In this document: positions 38,756-52,799 of the stretch, piece by piece
Numbering within the stretch: the stretch's first letter is position 1
How the letters are laid out: each line of letters opens with the position of its first letter
DNA from: Octopus sinensis
Lineage: Eukaryota
Length of the DNA: 64,000 nucleotides
Direction of reading: 5' to 3'
NCBI RefSeq assembly: GCF_006345805.1
Contig: NC_043021.1
Coordinates: forward strand, 13,578,001 to 13,642,000
Translations under genes and position numbers: made by a program
Notes under the pieces: generated by a model
Seen by the model: only the letters and a program-made list of their open reading frames with translations
What the model was told of the DNA's origin: nothing
Database searches by the model: none

Positions 38756-40279
38756 TAGTTGAACAAATTGACCCCAGGACTTATTCTTTGTAAGCCTAGT
38801 ACTTATTCTATCAGTCTCTTTTGCTGAACCGCTAGGTTACAGAGACGTAAACACATGGACACTGGTTGTCAAGCGATAGTGGGGGAGAAATACAGAGACA
38901 AGAATAATACACTCACACACACATGCTAACATATATATATAAGACAGGCTTCTTTCAGTTTCCGTCTACCAAATCCACTCACAAGGCTTTGGTCAGCCTG
39001 AGGCTATAGCAGAAGACACTTGCCCAAGTTGCAATGCAGTGGGACTGAATCCAGAACCATGTGTTTGGGAAGCAAGCTTCTTTATTTTATTAAATTTGCC
39101 ATAAAGGCAATAAATAGAGTAAGGAAGCTTGCGGGCTAGACATGGACATTAATGAGATGAATGATAATGATACAAGGATGATAAGGATAGGAGAAGCGAA
39201 AAGTGCCCGCCAACTTTTGCTTCTCTAAAACATTGTTCTTTTTTTAAAAACACTGAATGAGGTATTAACCCTCTTACAATTTTATAAAAAGTTCATTACA
39301 AATAAAAATACATTTAATAAGGCGATAAACCTATTACACACATAAGGCCTCAATCAACTTTCTTGCCCCCTGCAGGGATTCCTACAGCTGCAAGTTGGGG
39401 GCCCATAAACAGGATCAATATTCTTCCTTTGAGAAGGAGTTCATTATATCATAGAAGTTCCTTTCTTCTTGTACCAGAGCAGCCACTCTGGAAAGCCACA
39501 CAGCCACTCCTGTGCCTGTTCTCAAAATATATTGGAAATGGATGATGCCACTTGAATGACAGACAGTGACACTTGTCTACAACCATCATACAATGTCTAG
39601 ACAAGGAGACACAAACATAGAGGCACTCACATGCACCCATATACACATACATACATACATACATATGTCATCATCATCATTTAATATCTGTTTTCCATGC
39701 TGGCATGGGTTGGACAGTTTGACAGAAGCTGGACAGGCTCTGTTTTAGCATGATTTCTATGGCTGCATGCCCTTCCTCGTGCCAACCACTTTACAGATTG
39801 TGCTGGGTGCTTTTTACACATCACTGGCATAGGGGCACCTACAGGCATTGGCACAAGTGCATTTTATGTGACACCAACAGGAGTACACTTTAGATGGGAC
39901 CAGCATGAGAGCAATCTACATGGCACCACCACAAGTGCATTTTATATGGCGCAGGCACCTGCAAGGCAAAGACCTCTAGGCTGGAAGAGGGAGTGGGAAC
40001 ATGGCCACAAAGGACATGTCTGTATATATGGGTGGCTGCGATTTTATATAGCTAGACATTTCTTCTCAAGTACATGAAATTGACACAAGTCTCCGTCTCT
40101 TGTCATTTCTTCAGTGAGGCCCAGCATCTGAAGATCCTTTCTCATCACTTCATGCTACATCTTCCACAGGTTTCCCGAGATGCCTGGTGCCTTGCTGTAC
40201 TCAAGAAGACCCGTACTAAGCAGCAGAAGTATTAAGATCAGTCCCTCTGGTGGTGAAAAGCGCTTGTGACGTTGCTATG

Positions 40280-40560
40280 TAAAGACACTCATGGTGCTAT
40301 GCAAAAGCACCCAAGTGGTGCCATGCAAAAGCACCCATGTGGTGCCATGTAAAGACACCCATGTAGTGTCATGAAAATGACACCCATGTGGTACCATGCA
40401 AAAGCACCCATGTGATACTATGCAAAAGCACCCATTTGATGCCATGCAAAAGCACCCGTGTGGTGCTATGCAAAAGCACCCATGTGGTACCATGCAAAAG
40501 TGCCAATGCAGTACCACTTTAAAAGAGCCTGTGTGGTACCATGTAAAAGCACCTAGCACA
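40280..40560 (+). repeat. 22-bp minisatellite inside an RTE 3'UTR copy
   Basis: (atgcaaaagcacccatgtggt[g/a]c) repeated about 11 times. Confidence 0.85.
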
Positions 40561-40753
40561 CTCTGTAAAATGGCTGGCATTAAGAAGGGCATCTAGCTAT
40601 AGAAACCATTACCAAAGTAGAGTGAAGTCTGGTGCAACTCCCTAGCTTGCCAGCTCTGGTCAAACAGTCCAACCTATGCCAGCATGAACAATGGACATTA
40701 CATGATGATGATGATATGTGTGTGTGTAGGCAATAATGCAAATAGTCAGGATT

Positions 40754-40804
<51 letters not shown>

Positions 40805-43299
40805 GTACATATAGATACATATAAAGATGGCAATGAAGAAGAAGACAGTGAGAAGTAAGTTCATAGACACAAGAAAGATGAATACCAGTTCGTAGTCAAT
40901 CATATACTGTAGATGAAACACTGTATCAAGAAGTCGCAGCCATGATGCTGAGCCAATTACTGGTACATGTCGTACATGAAGTCATGGCTGTGATGCTGCT
41001 GCTTAGGTTACTTGATACAGGAGTTCGTACAGGCGCAGGAGTGGCTGTGTGGTAAGTAGCTTGCTTACCAACCACATGGTTCCGGGTTCAGTCCCACTGC
41101 GTGGCACTTTGGGCAAGTGTCTTCTACTATAGCCTCAGGCCAACCAAAGCTTTGTGAATGGATTTGATGAGCGGAAACTGAAAGAAGCCTGTCGTATATA
41201 TGTATAATATATATATAGAGGAGGTACATGGTTACCCAACAATGTTAGCTGAAATTCACCAATACTACACCTAGTGTACCCTTGCCTTTTGTACTGTTTA
41301 CTTCTCTTTCCTTTTAGTGTTTTTATTTTTCCTGTGTGGTATAATTTTAGCTATTATTGCTGTCTTTCTTTTCTTACAATATGGCTGCTTTCTGTCTCCT
41401 CTACTGTTCCTGATATGTCTCTGTTCTATGATCTGGAACCCAACCTAGGCCTCCATGTCAACGGCGTTCACCACTGGAATAGGGAGTGGTTGGAGATCAC
41501 AATGGTCATTAGCCTCAAATTGCCAGGCCTAGTCCGCATTTGTGAGAGATGCAGCATTGAGGATGAATGAAGCCAGCTCAACCCACCCCGGGTGAATGCT
41601 GTCTCAAGACAAGAAAAAAGATATGCCTCTCCACACTCTGCTTGTTAACCCTTTAGCTCTTAAAACCAGCTGCATCCTGCCAAAATATACTACCCATTTT
41701 ATGTTTCATTCTGCCTACTCTACATGTACGTCTAGCTATCATTGCTGTTTTTCTTTACTCGACTAATATGTCTGATTTCTGTCCTGTTCTTTACTCTTTA
41801 TGATGAGTTGTAGCACACCCAAGCATTATATACAATGAGTTCATTATTGTAAGGTTTTATAAGTACAGTGAGAGCTTTCTTGCTTAATTAGAGATTTTAT
41901 CATCATTAGCTTTCCATAGTTTCTCTATAGACATAAATTAGCCAGAGGTACAGGAGTGGCTGTGTGGTAAGAAGCTTGCTTCTCAAACACATGGTTCTGG
42001 GTTCAGTCTCACTGCATGGCACTTTGGATAAAAGTCTTCCGCTATAGCCTTGAGCTGATCAAAGCCTTGTGAGTGGATTTGGTAGACAGAAACAAAAACA
42101 AAAGAGCCTGTTGTGTGTGTGTGTATGTGAGAGAGAGAATGTATGTATGAGTGTGTGTATGTGAGAGAGAGAATGTATGTATGAGTGTGTGGGTGTGTGT
42201 AAGAGAGAGAGAGAGAGAGAATGTATGTGTGAGTGTATGTGTGAGTTTGTGTGTGTGTGTCTTTCTGTCTATGTTTGTCCCCTACCATCGCTTCACAACT
42301 GGTGTTGGTGTGTTTAGTCCCCATAACTTAGCAGTTCAGCAAAAGATATCAATCAATTCATTTGACTAAGAAAGAAAAAATTCTTCAAGGCAATGCCCTA
42401 GCATTTCCACAGTCTCACAACTGAAATGAGTAAAAGGTAAAAGATAAATGACAGAAATATGAATAAGAGCCACAGCCAGAATTGTTAAACTTCACCCAAT
42501 TGGCTGGATTTATTTCAGATATAAATTTGAGCTCCTAAAAATGAATCAATCCAGCAAAATCAGCTCATCTCCTTTTCATTGGCCAATGGCTGGACAATCA
42601 CCAAGGCTCAGCAAATTCTCAGTGAACTATTCTCTGAAGCCTAATGATAATTGTAAAATGACTAGCTTAAAAGCCGCACTCCATGCACACTTTTGAGCTA
42701 GCCCTGTGGCCCAAAACTAAAGAGAGCTAAATAGTATGGCTATAATACATCTATAATGACTATATGCCTTGGTGGTGTTTGATCAGAGGTTAAGGACGGA
42801 TGAGAATTAATTCTGTAATGCAATCATTGTTCCATTCCCAAGTTGAATTCCAACTGTTGGCCAATTTGTCCCAAAGTTCTTATCTTGACGCAAAATTAAC
42901 GAAGCAAATGTCATTTATATCCCCTTTGATCTCTGTCATTTGACAAACGCCAACCAAGATGACATGAATCAGCCAAGCTTTACCTGCTAGAAATAGCAAC
43001 CCAAATGCTTTTAAATCAGATCCCAATGCTGGATGTTCAAGAACCAAATGAAGGGCAGATTTTTAATCCTGGGATCATCCTGATTCCAAAATGGTATAAT
43101 ATGTCTTTATAGAGCAGATGTAGATTAAGATACAGGAGTCCCAGTTGGACAGACAGAATTTTGCTTTTATAATTATAGAAGCTCATTTTCTGAAATTTAT
43201 CACAGCTGCCTTAATTAACAGTTGGTTTAACAAAACCTGTATTATTTTAATCTGTACATGCATTCTTTTTCACTCTCTCTTTCTCTCATCCTTTCTGTC

Positions 43300-43329
<30 letters not shown>

Positions 43330-43340
<11 letters not shown>

Positions 43341-43880
43341 TCTGGTCAACCAGCTTAGAGCACATTAGCATATGACTTCTGTCTTTCTCCTCTCTCCCTC
43401 TTTCTCTCTCTCTCTCTCACTCACTGCCTTGGGCAACAAGCTTAGAGCACATTAGCATACAGCTTTTCTCTTTCTCCTTTCCTCTCTTTCCCCTTCTCTT
43501 TCACTGCCTTGGGCAACCAGCTTAGAACTCATTAGTATACAACCTCTCTCCTTTCCCCCTACTTTCTCTCTCTCTCTCTCTCTCTGCTCTGGACAACTAG
43601 CTTAGAGCACATTACCATAAAACTTCTCTCTTTCTCCCCTCCTCTCTTCTCTCTCCCCTCTCCTTCCTCCTCCTCCTCTCTCTCTCTCTCACACACTCAC
43701 TGCTTTGGGCAATCAGCTTAGAGCATATTAGCATACAACCTTCTCTTTCTCCCCTCCTTTCTCTCTATCTCTCTCTCACTGCCTTGGGCAACCTGCTTAG
43801 AGCATATTAGCATACAACCTTCTCTTTCTCTCTCTCTCAGCCTTGGGCAACCAGCTTACAGGACTTATTGGCAAATAAAC
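43330..43880 (+). repeat. Compound repeat: ~40-bp core alternating with variable (CT)n tracts, about 8 units
   Basis: Core cactgccttgggcaaccagcttagagcacattagcatacaacc. Confidence 0.85.
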
Positions 43881-43934
43881 TCTCTCCTCCCCACCTCTCT
43901 CTCTTAACCCTTTGCCTGTCCAAAGCATTTTCAT

Positions 43935-44365
43935 AAGTATGTTCTAAACATCCATGCTTATTTTCAGACTTTTTAGTTGGACCTTCGGCAGAGTCACCCT
44001 GTGCAGCAATACACTGCTCCCAGCATTCCTGCCACTTTTGGAATCCAGCCTGGAAGTCGTTTTCTGGAAGCGAATTGAGGACCTTCTACGATTTGCTTTG
44101 GATCTTGACAACAGTGTTAAAATAGCAACCTTTGAGCCACATTTTCATCTTGGGGAAGAGATGGAAGTTTGCAGGTGCTAAATAGGGCAGGTATGGAAGT
44201 GATGCCATATTTTTGGCAAGAAAAACTCACAAGTGAAGAGAGCTTGGTGACAGGGTGTATTGTTGTCATGAAGAATCTAGTCCTTCATGATCCACAGATC
44301 CAGTTTCTTTTGTTGAATCCCCAACCTCAAATGCTTCAAAACATTGCAGAAGAAATCTTGATTAA
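43935..44365 (-). mobile_element. mariner transposase relic, C-terminal catalytic half, truncated by a SINE
   Basis: ILHDNNTPCH, YLPYLAPANFHLFPKMK (degenerate YSPDLAP), LPENDFQAGFQKWQECWEQCIAAQGD. Confidence 0.8.
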
Positions 44366-44367
44366 TA

Positions 44368-44772
44368 GGCACAGGAGTGGCTGTGTGGTAAGTAGCTTGC
44401 TTACCAACCACATGGTTCCGGGTTCAGTCCCACTGCGTGGCACTTTGGGCAAGTGTCTTCTACTATAGCCTTGGACCAACCAAAGCCTTATAAGTGGATT
44501 TGGTAGACAGAAACTGAAAGAAGCCCATTGTATATGTGTGTGTGTATGTATATGTTTGTGTGTCTGTGTTTGTCCCCTCAACATCACTCGACAACCGATG
44601 CTGGTGTGTTTACGTCCCTGTCACTTAGCATTTCGGCAAGAGAGACCGATAGAATAAGTATTAGGCTTACAAAGAACAAGTCCTGGAGTCAATTTGTTTG
44701 ACTAAAGGCGGTGCTCCAGCATGGCTGCAGTCAAATGGCTGAAACAAATAAAAGAAAAAAAGAATAAAAGAA
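44368..44772 (+). mobile_element. Full-length tRNA-derived SINE family A with internal (TG/TA) microsatellite
   Basis: A box tggctgtgtggtaag, B box ggttcagtccc, ttgggcaagtgtc core, tail ..gtcaaatgactgaaacaa..aaaaga. Other copies: ~1-365, 3385-3745(-), 20575-21040(+), 38745-39085(-), 41947-42445(+), 49541-49968(-), 57445-57900(+), 63380-63580(-), 63870-64000(-). Confidence 0.85.
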
Positions 44773-45039
44773 TGGCCTGGCCCTGGGGGACAAATTCACG
44801 ATGCACAATACCACATTTTGTGGTAGGTCGTCCAGATTACTCCTCCTAATTTCTTTGGATAGGCATATCCCTCACTTGTCTTTGCACTCGCTTCCTCTAA
44901 TTTCCCTGGACAGGAATACCCCTCACTACACTGATTAGTATAGAGAGCTGGCCTAAACTGACCTGACAGTGAATCAAAACTCATTTAATTCCAAGATTAG
45001 AACAAAAAATTATTTTATACGAAACTTCGCTAATAAATA

Positions 45040-45190
45040 GACAAATGTTGGAAAAAAAAACCCCCGTGATTTTAACCAACAGCATTCAATTATTAAACAT
45101 TCATAATTGGAATGAATAAATAAAATTGAATATTAGGTATTTATGGAATTTTGATTTACTGTCGAGTGACTTTTGGCCAACCCTGTATAT
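45040..45190. mobile_element. Possible Tc1/mariner terminal fragment
   Basis: Ends gtgacttttggccaaccctgTATA, resembling a CAGGGTTGGCC-type TIR plus TA. Confidence 0.35.
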
Positions 45191-46410
45191 CTTGTACAAA
45201 TTTCTTATCTACCTATCTTTCTCACACCAAGACTGTATTATTTATTCCTCGTCTCAGTATCTGTCCAACTTTAGAATGGCCAGCATTCGTTTTCCCTCAC
45301 TACGGACTACTACATAACCATTCTTTTCTCTCACCATGGGCTACTATCTAACCATATTTTCTGATCATGGATTTACCTAAGGAATACCTGATTTAACTGG
45401 ATTTAATTGGACCTCTCCTCTCTCTTGGACATAACGAACCACAACAACTCTCATTGATGAGGAACTTTCTTCCACCATCTAACCTACACCTCTTCAATGA
45501 TGGTATACTCAAGTTATGGAGTCTTCACTCGACACGATATCTCAATAGCTGGGATATCCCAGAAACAGGTGTCAGAGATTATTTTTTACCATTCATTATG
45601 TGTCTAAATTAAATTAAATGTCCTTGTCAAGCCTTATGTCTGCCTTTCTTCATTATTTAACTTATATATATATATATATATATATAATTTTAATCCAAAC
45701 GGGAAAACAGAAAAAACAACAACACGTGGAACAATTACAGTATTATTATTAATAGGCGCTCAGGAAAGATGGAAGCAGATATATATATATATATTGGATA
45801 ATAAAATGAATGGTTTACACCTGGTAGCTTACTGGTAAAGCATGGTCATTTTCACAGTGATTTTTAGGTATATTCCAGCTTCTGTCTTTCATTTGGCGTG
45901 TGGTGGTAATAGCAGGAGTAAACCACTTGAAATGAGAGAGGCAAATCATAAAATATTGAGTTTTCTCGAATTTTTGCTTAATTGGGGGTCAAATTGAAAA
46001 AATTTTACATGCCATGACCCAATCGAATCTACTTGGAAAAATCATAGGTAAATTCCAATTGAAGAAATTCTATATTGTAGAATTGTATTAAAAAGAAACA
46101 TGGGAACAGGCAGAGAAAATCTGCCTTTTATCATAAGAGATATATGTCTTTTATTGATGAACAGAAACCAGAGAGTACTGACTGATCGAATTTGGGTAGG
46201 CCAAGTCATCTGACACTATGTACTTGTTTTAAAGAAGTTTTAATTGTTAATTCTTACCTGTATTTACCTGATGAAAGCAGGTTATTTTTTTTATTTTTTT
46301 TATTTTTGCATGATGTGACACTTCTGTTCATCAATGAAAAAACATACCTGAATCAGCTAAAGTGGGCCACAATTCATCTGTTGTTATTATTTATTTTTCA
46401 CCTAAATCAG

Positions 46411-46558
46411 AACCTGCAATTCGTTTGGATCTGGAGTCTATAAACAGCAGTGCAATAGGTGCAGTGAATGTACCCATGTGTGACCTTGATGACTCGTGTA
46501 TTCAGTCAGCCATTTGTGAATGCATACATAACCAGAGTACAAATACATGTGTACTTTA
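46411..46558 (+). other. Candidate internal exon of an unknown gene
   Basis: atttttcacctaaatcAG| xPAIRLDLESINSSAIGAVNVPMCDLDDSCIQSAICECIHNQSTNTCVL |GTGAGT. Confidence 0.25.
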
Positions 46559-46659
46559 GTGAGTATGTATTTGTTGTTATACATTGTTCATACACAATAG
46601 CACTATCACCACCCCAACTTTGGTGCTTTCACTATTTAAATGCCTGATTCTCTCAAATC

Positions 46660-46870
46660 CTTGGGCCTCACAGAGACAAAGTGGCTGAGTTCCTTTCAAG
46701 CGCTGGGCTTCGTGGAGGCAAGGTGGCAGAGGTCCTTTCGAGTGCTGGGCCTCATGAAGGCAAAGTGGCTGAGTTCCTTTCGAGCATTGGGCCACATGGA
46801 GGCAAAGTGGCAGAGGTCCTTTCGAGTGCTGGGCCTCATGGAGGCAAGGTAGCAGAAGTCCTTTCCAGTG
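46660..46870 (+). repeat. 42-bp minisatellite inside an RTE 3'UTR copy
   Basis: (agtgctgggcctcatgaaggcaaagtggcagaggtcctttcg) repeated about 5 times. Confidence 0.85.
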
Positions 46871-49039
46871 TTAGACCACACAGACAGAAGGTGGCTGATG
46901 CAAGGCAATGATCAAGACCTTTAGCATCATGTTGTGCTTGAGAAGAAAACACATCAAGCTGAGCAAAAATTGCAAAATTGGTACCCATGCTGGTGGCATG
47001 TAAATACACCCCATAAAAGCACACACTACACTCTCAGAGTTGTTGGTGCTAGGAAGGGCATCCAGCTGTAGAAAACCATGCCAAATCAGACTGGAGTCTG
47101 GTGCAGCCTTCCAGTGTGCCAGCCCAGTCAAACTGTCCAACCCATGCCAGCATGGACAACAGATGTTAAATGATGATAATGATGACAATATATATATATA
47201 TATATATCACGTGATCACATGACTGACCAGACTATCAGATGTTGCTACACATCACTGGTCACAATGCACTTCGCATTGTTTTAGCCTTCAAATGATGCCA
47301 CCCCGCTGGCTAAGCGTGCAAGCCGACAGAAGAAAGAGTGAGAGAAAGTTGCAGCAAAAGAGTACAGAAGGGATTGCCACCACCCCCTGCCAGAGCCTTA
47401 TGGAGCTTTAGGTGTTTTCCCTCAATAAACACTCACTACACCCGGTCTGGGAATCCAAACTGCGATCCTACGACCTCGAGTCCGCTGCCCTAACCACTGG
47501 GCCATTGCTCCTCCACATATATATATATATATATATAATATATATATATATTATATATATATATATATATATAAGTCAGTAAATATGTATGTATGTATAG
47601 AACAGGGGCTAGTGTATAACCTTATTTACTCATTGGACAGTAACCAGTCTATTCATTTATTTTGCCAAACTCCTAAATAAATAATAAGCATTGGGGTCAA
47701 TTCATCTGACTAAAAATTCTTCAAGACGGTGCCCCAGCATGGCCGCAATGTAATGACTGAAACAAGCAAAAGGTAAAAAGTAAAAAGGTGACAGTTATAT
47801 ATCAACACATGTGGTTATTATTTCAAGGAGTCCAGCCATGACCATTCCTTTCAAATTTTCAGATTTTCCACATGGTTTGCATGTTGATGATGAAAATCAC
47901 ATTCTTCTTTTTTTTCATAAAATTTATGCTTTCAGACACAAGGCCAGGTGGAGGGAGCTCATTGATTATATCAACACACATACATGGCTGGTATTTTATA
48001 TCATCTGGAAGGCGGAGAGCTGCCAGAATCATTGGCACACAGGGTGAAATAGTTAGCAGTATTTCATCTGCAGCAACGTTCTGAGTTCAAATTCCGCCGA
48101 GGTTGACTTTGCCTTTCATTTTCTCGAGGTCAGTAAATTAAGTACCAGTCAAGTACTGGGGTCGATGTAATCGACTATCCCCCTCCCCACAAATTCCAGG
48201 CCTTGTGCCTATAATAGAAAGGATTTTGTAGCATATGAAAAAACATTCGAGCGAGGTCGTTGCCAATGCTGCTGGACAGGCTCCTGTGCAGGTGGCACAA
48301 AAAAAACACCATTTGAGCATGGCTGTTGCCAGTACTGCCTGACTGGCCCTCATACCGGTGGCATGTAAAAGCACCCACTACACTCTCGGAGTGGTTGGCT
48401 TTAGGAAGGGCATCCAACTGTAGAAACTCTGCCAGATCAGATTGGAGCCTGGTGCAGCCATCTGGTTTGTCAGTCCTCAATCAAATCGTCCAACCCATGC
48501 TAGCATGGAAAGCGGACGTTAAAAGATGATGATGATAATGATGGGCCGCATGGCTGCTTGAGCAGAAGACCCATCAAGCCAAGTAAAATTGTAATTGTCA
48601 CAGATACCGGTGTCATGCAAATGGCACCCGTGTTGGTGGCATGTAAAAGCATTCATTACATTCTCAGAGTGGTTGCCATTAGGAAGGGCATCCAGCCATA
48701 GAAAACCATGCCAAGTCAGACTGGAGTCTGGTGCAGCCTTCCAGCTGGCCGGCCCTAGTCGAACCGTCCAGTTCATACCAGCATGGACAACAGATGTTAT
48801 ATGATGATGATGATGATGACCTCCAGATGGATGAGAGGTGAAGTTGACCTCAGAGAGATTTGAACTCGGAATGTTAAGAATCAGATGAAATACCACTAAT
48901 CATTTTGACTGACATGATAACAATTCTGCCAGCTCACCACCTCTCTGGCTTCATGTATGTTAATAATCTTTTCTACTGTAAGCACAACGTCTGAAATTTG
49001 AGGGGAGGCGGTATGTGGGTTACGTTAACCCCAGTGCTA

Positions 49040-49355
49040 AGCTGGTCATCATCATTGTTCGGTCCATCATGGCATTACGGAGGTCCTGTTGCTGGATGCC
49101 TGTATCCCTGGAGATTACATCAGGGTAGGAGAGTGTGCACCCTCTGGTATTGCGAGTAGATGGCTTCCAGAGGAGAAGAGTAAAAATTACTTCTTTTTCA
49201 GCTCTACAACAATGTCCAGCAAACTGGACTCTCCTACCTTTCACAAGAGATGACACAGGTGGTAGTTTCCCATATATTTGCATTTTGGTTGGATGGCGCT
49301 TCCACGAGAGATTTTGAGCTCTCATAAGGAGGCGAGTGTAGGTTCCATCCAACCG
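49040..49355 (-). mobile_element. 3' ORF fragment of a second non-LTR (RTE-like) family
   Basis: DGTYTRLLMRAQNLSWKRHPTKMQIYGKLPPVSSLVKGRRVQFAGHCCR resembles the C-terminal region of RTE-group ORFs. Confidence 0.7.
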
Positions 49356-51329
49356 CCTCTCAAGCTTCTGTCACCAGAAGAATAAAAGGCAAAAGTTAAC
49401 CTCACTGGAATTTGAACACTATGCCACTAAGCCTTTTGTCCAGTGCAGTATCGATTTTGCCAGCTTGCTGCCTTGAAATTAATTAAAAAATAAAACTTGA
49501 AAATGCATGCAGTCTTTGTTATAAGCATGCAAGACTACATCTCTTTTACTTGTTTCAGTCATTTGACTACAGCAATGCTGGAGCACCGCCTTTAGTTGAG
49601 CAAATCGACCCCAGGACTTATTCTTTGTAAGCCTAGTACTTATTCTATCAGTCTCTTTTGCCAAACTGCTAAGTGACGGGGAAGTAAACACACCAGCATC
49701 GGTTGTCAAGCGACCTTGGGGGGACAAACACACACATACATATATATACGACGGGCTTCTTTCAGTTTCCGCCCAGCAAATCCAACATACACACACGCAT
49801 ATACACAACGAGCTTCTTTCAGTTTTCTTCTGCCAAATCCACTCACCAGGCTTTGGTCGGCCCAAGGCTATAGTAGAAGACACTTGCCCAAGGTACTACG
49901 CAGTGGAACTGAACCCAGAACCACGTGGATGATAAGCAAGCTACTTACCACACGACCACACCTGCGCCTATAATATAAATCATGAAAAACCTTAATCGAT
50001 TTTCGAGTCTTATTGGGTTTTCACCAGAGTTGTCTATATCATTCTGACAATCTGCGTGGAAGATTAAAAAACAAAAATCTGGCGTAAATTCGAAATACTT
50101 CAAATTGTTGGAAGAATTTAAAAAAAGATCCGATTATCCTCTGAATCTTTCCTTTCTAGAAAAAGTAGGATATGATTTGGAGAAATTTGGCAGCTATTTC
50201 TAGCAGATTGAATGCCTACGTAGAAGCTACCTCCTTAATTTGCGGCTCATTAAGACATCGACGTTGTTCGTTCACAAAACCCGAGATGTGGCCCGTATGT
50301 TTGTACAAGGACTAGAAAGGGTTCCCTTGGTGTCAAACAAAGACCAGTAGCTATTTGACATTAAACCAGGTGACAGATTAATACTATCATCGGCTGGACT
50401 TCTATACAAGGTTTCTCTCAACTCGATTTCACTGACGAGGCCTTGGGGTTAACCTGTAACTTTGATAGAAGACAGTCCAACGAAGTCACTAACTCAATGA
50501 GATCGAATACGGAACGGGTTTATTGCAAAACCAACTTCTGAACCGACTTGCCATACTTGTGTCATTTTCTAGCATTTTGTGAATGTTTTCATTTTTTTTT
50601 TATTTCTAATGCCGATCCTAAATCGTTTTTCTTCTTTTGCAATAAAAAAAAAAGAAGTCCCATTTTCTCGTCGCGTTGCATTAAGTTGTTGAAGTTACCT
50701 CCCTTAGACCGATAGCAAAGTTGTCGCGAATAATATTTCTATTGGCATATTTACACAAGCGTGCCCCTACCTACCTTAACCGACTTTCCACATAATTTTC
50801 CTGAAAAATGGAAAGTTTAGAATGAAATATTCTACAAATACGCTTCTGATGGTGTAGATTCCGATTATAATGGAATTTGTTGAAAAAAAAAATCTTTTCT
50901 AGGGGTGATGGTGGAGTTTGGAAAAAAATCACACGAGTCGGCTGTTTTCACTCAACTTTCAGAAAAATGGGGGTTTTTAATGAATTTTCTACAAATAGCT
51001 TTCAGATTGTGTAGATTACGATTATATCGGAATTTAATATGCAAAATGAAAATAATAATTCATGGGTTCGCACACATACATAATGACACACGTCAAATAT
51101 AGCTATTATGCTTGCTGTTGTATTTTCGCTCTCATTTCTTCTTCTTCTTCTTCTTCTTCTTCTTCTTCTTCTTCCAATCAGGACTCACGCCATTAGCCAC
51201 AAAGAATAATCTCTAAGCTACCACACGCGATAGACTGGCGGTGGCACGGGCGCGAAAGCTACGTTGTCATCCTCATTCCGTAAACTGTGGCTTTTTGACG
51301 GGTGGAGAGCTGAACCATCCTGGGGTACA

Positions 51330-51545
51330 GAGGATTCACAATCTAGACTAGGTTCTTCTACTTTGTGGCAGAAGTTGGAAGAAAGAGTGAGAGAAAGTTG
51401 TGGTGAAAGAGTACAGCGGGGTTCACCACGACCCACCCCCCGCCGGAGCCTCGTGGAGCTTAGGTGTTTTTACTCAATAAACACTCACAATGCCCTGTCT
51501 GGGAATCGAAACCGCGAGTCCACTACCCTAAACACTGGGCCTCCA
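51330..51545 (-). mobile_element. tRNA-derived SINE family D
   Basis: Reverse complement has a tRNA-like head (..gtggttagggcagcggactcgcgg..tttcgattcccagacc) and gagcgaaaacacctaagctccacg body. Other copies: ~20265-20520(+), 47300-47515(-), 52130-52222(-). Confidence 0.7.
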
Positions 51546-52799
51546 CATTGTTGCTGGTGTTACTGATTGTGGTTACTTTAGCTGCTGTTGTAATGGTTAT
51601 TTTGATTTCACGATTTAAACCCATTTTAGTCATGACTGGGAAAAACCTGTGATCAAAGACTTTCCAGCCGTGCCCATCTCGTCTGCTTTTAAAATCGATG
51701 TACTTATTATTAAGTATATCCGAATGCATTCCCGTCTATTTCTTGGGAAAGTGCGGTGTTTCTAATGACATTTTCTTGCTAATCGATTATCAACTGTTTT
51801 GATTATCAACTCAAGTTTTGAGTTGATGATCAAAACAGAACCTGGAATTATTGGATCTTTTCCATTTGAACGGCAGTTTTCAATACAATTTCTAGTTAAC
51901 TAAACACTTTTAAACTTCGTATACTGGTAGAATGTGTCAAAATAAAACATTTTTTTTCTCTTGGCTTTCTTGATAAAATTGTAATTTGTAAGTTTAACGT
52001 AGTTTAATTTTTCGAATTTTAACCAATCAATGGCCTCTATTGAGCTAAAATCATTTGCGATTGTAGTAACTGTAATGTAGCTGACCTTTTGCATAAATTT
52101 TTTTAAAAAACGCTGGGAATGCTTTCGCTCAATAAACACACAAAACGCCCGGTCTGGGAATCGAAACTGCGATCCTCCGACCGCGAGTCCGCTGCTCTAA
52201 CTACTGGGCCATTGCGCCTCCACACAGTTTAAAAAATTTTTTTTTTTACTTTCGCCTAATTTCAGATATAAATGTAATCTACACCATTTCAAATATACTT
52301 GTAGATAAAAACGTCGGGGTGGAGTGGGGCACATTTGTGTAGTTATACTCTCAAAATCCACCCTTGACTGGTACTTTATTTTATCGACACCAAAACAGAT
52401 GAAAAAATCTTGTAGAGCTCGGCTGGATTTGAACCCATAACATAAACAGCCGAAACAAATTCACTGAGGTAATAATATCTCCACTTAAAACGTGGATGTT
52501 TTGTTTGAACGAAGTAGTTACCATGAGAGAAACTCATATATTGGCGTTTGGTGCAAAATGCACTCTTATTTAACTGGGGATAATTACTACTTCTGTTGCT
52601 AATATATATAAATTCATCAAGGTTGTTGCCAACGCCCTAACGATTCATTTGATTACGTCCCTTGGCAGTTGCGAACGGTTATTAGATTCGCATTGCCTTC
52701 TGGGACGAAAGTATAATCATTAATAATAGCCTTAAGTTTTTATTTTATGTTATAATTATAGTCTTGAATTTCACATCGGTAATTCTATCGTGAAACGAT

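Noticed and set aside
43330-43880. CRISPR-like repeat/spacer appearance
   Set aside because: Eukaryotic context, spacers are CT microsatellites, no cas genes.
46640-46911. Repetitive 14-aa-period ORFs
   Set aside because: Product of the 42-bp minisatellite within an RTE 3'UTR.
52130-52222. tRNA gene
   Set aside because: It has A/B boxes but no complete cloverleaf, and it continues into SINE-D body sequence found at several loci.
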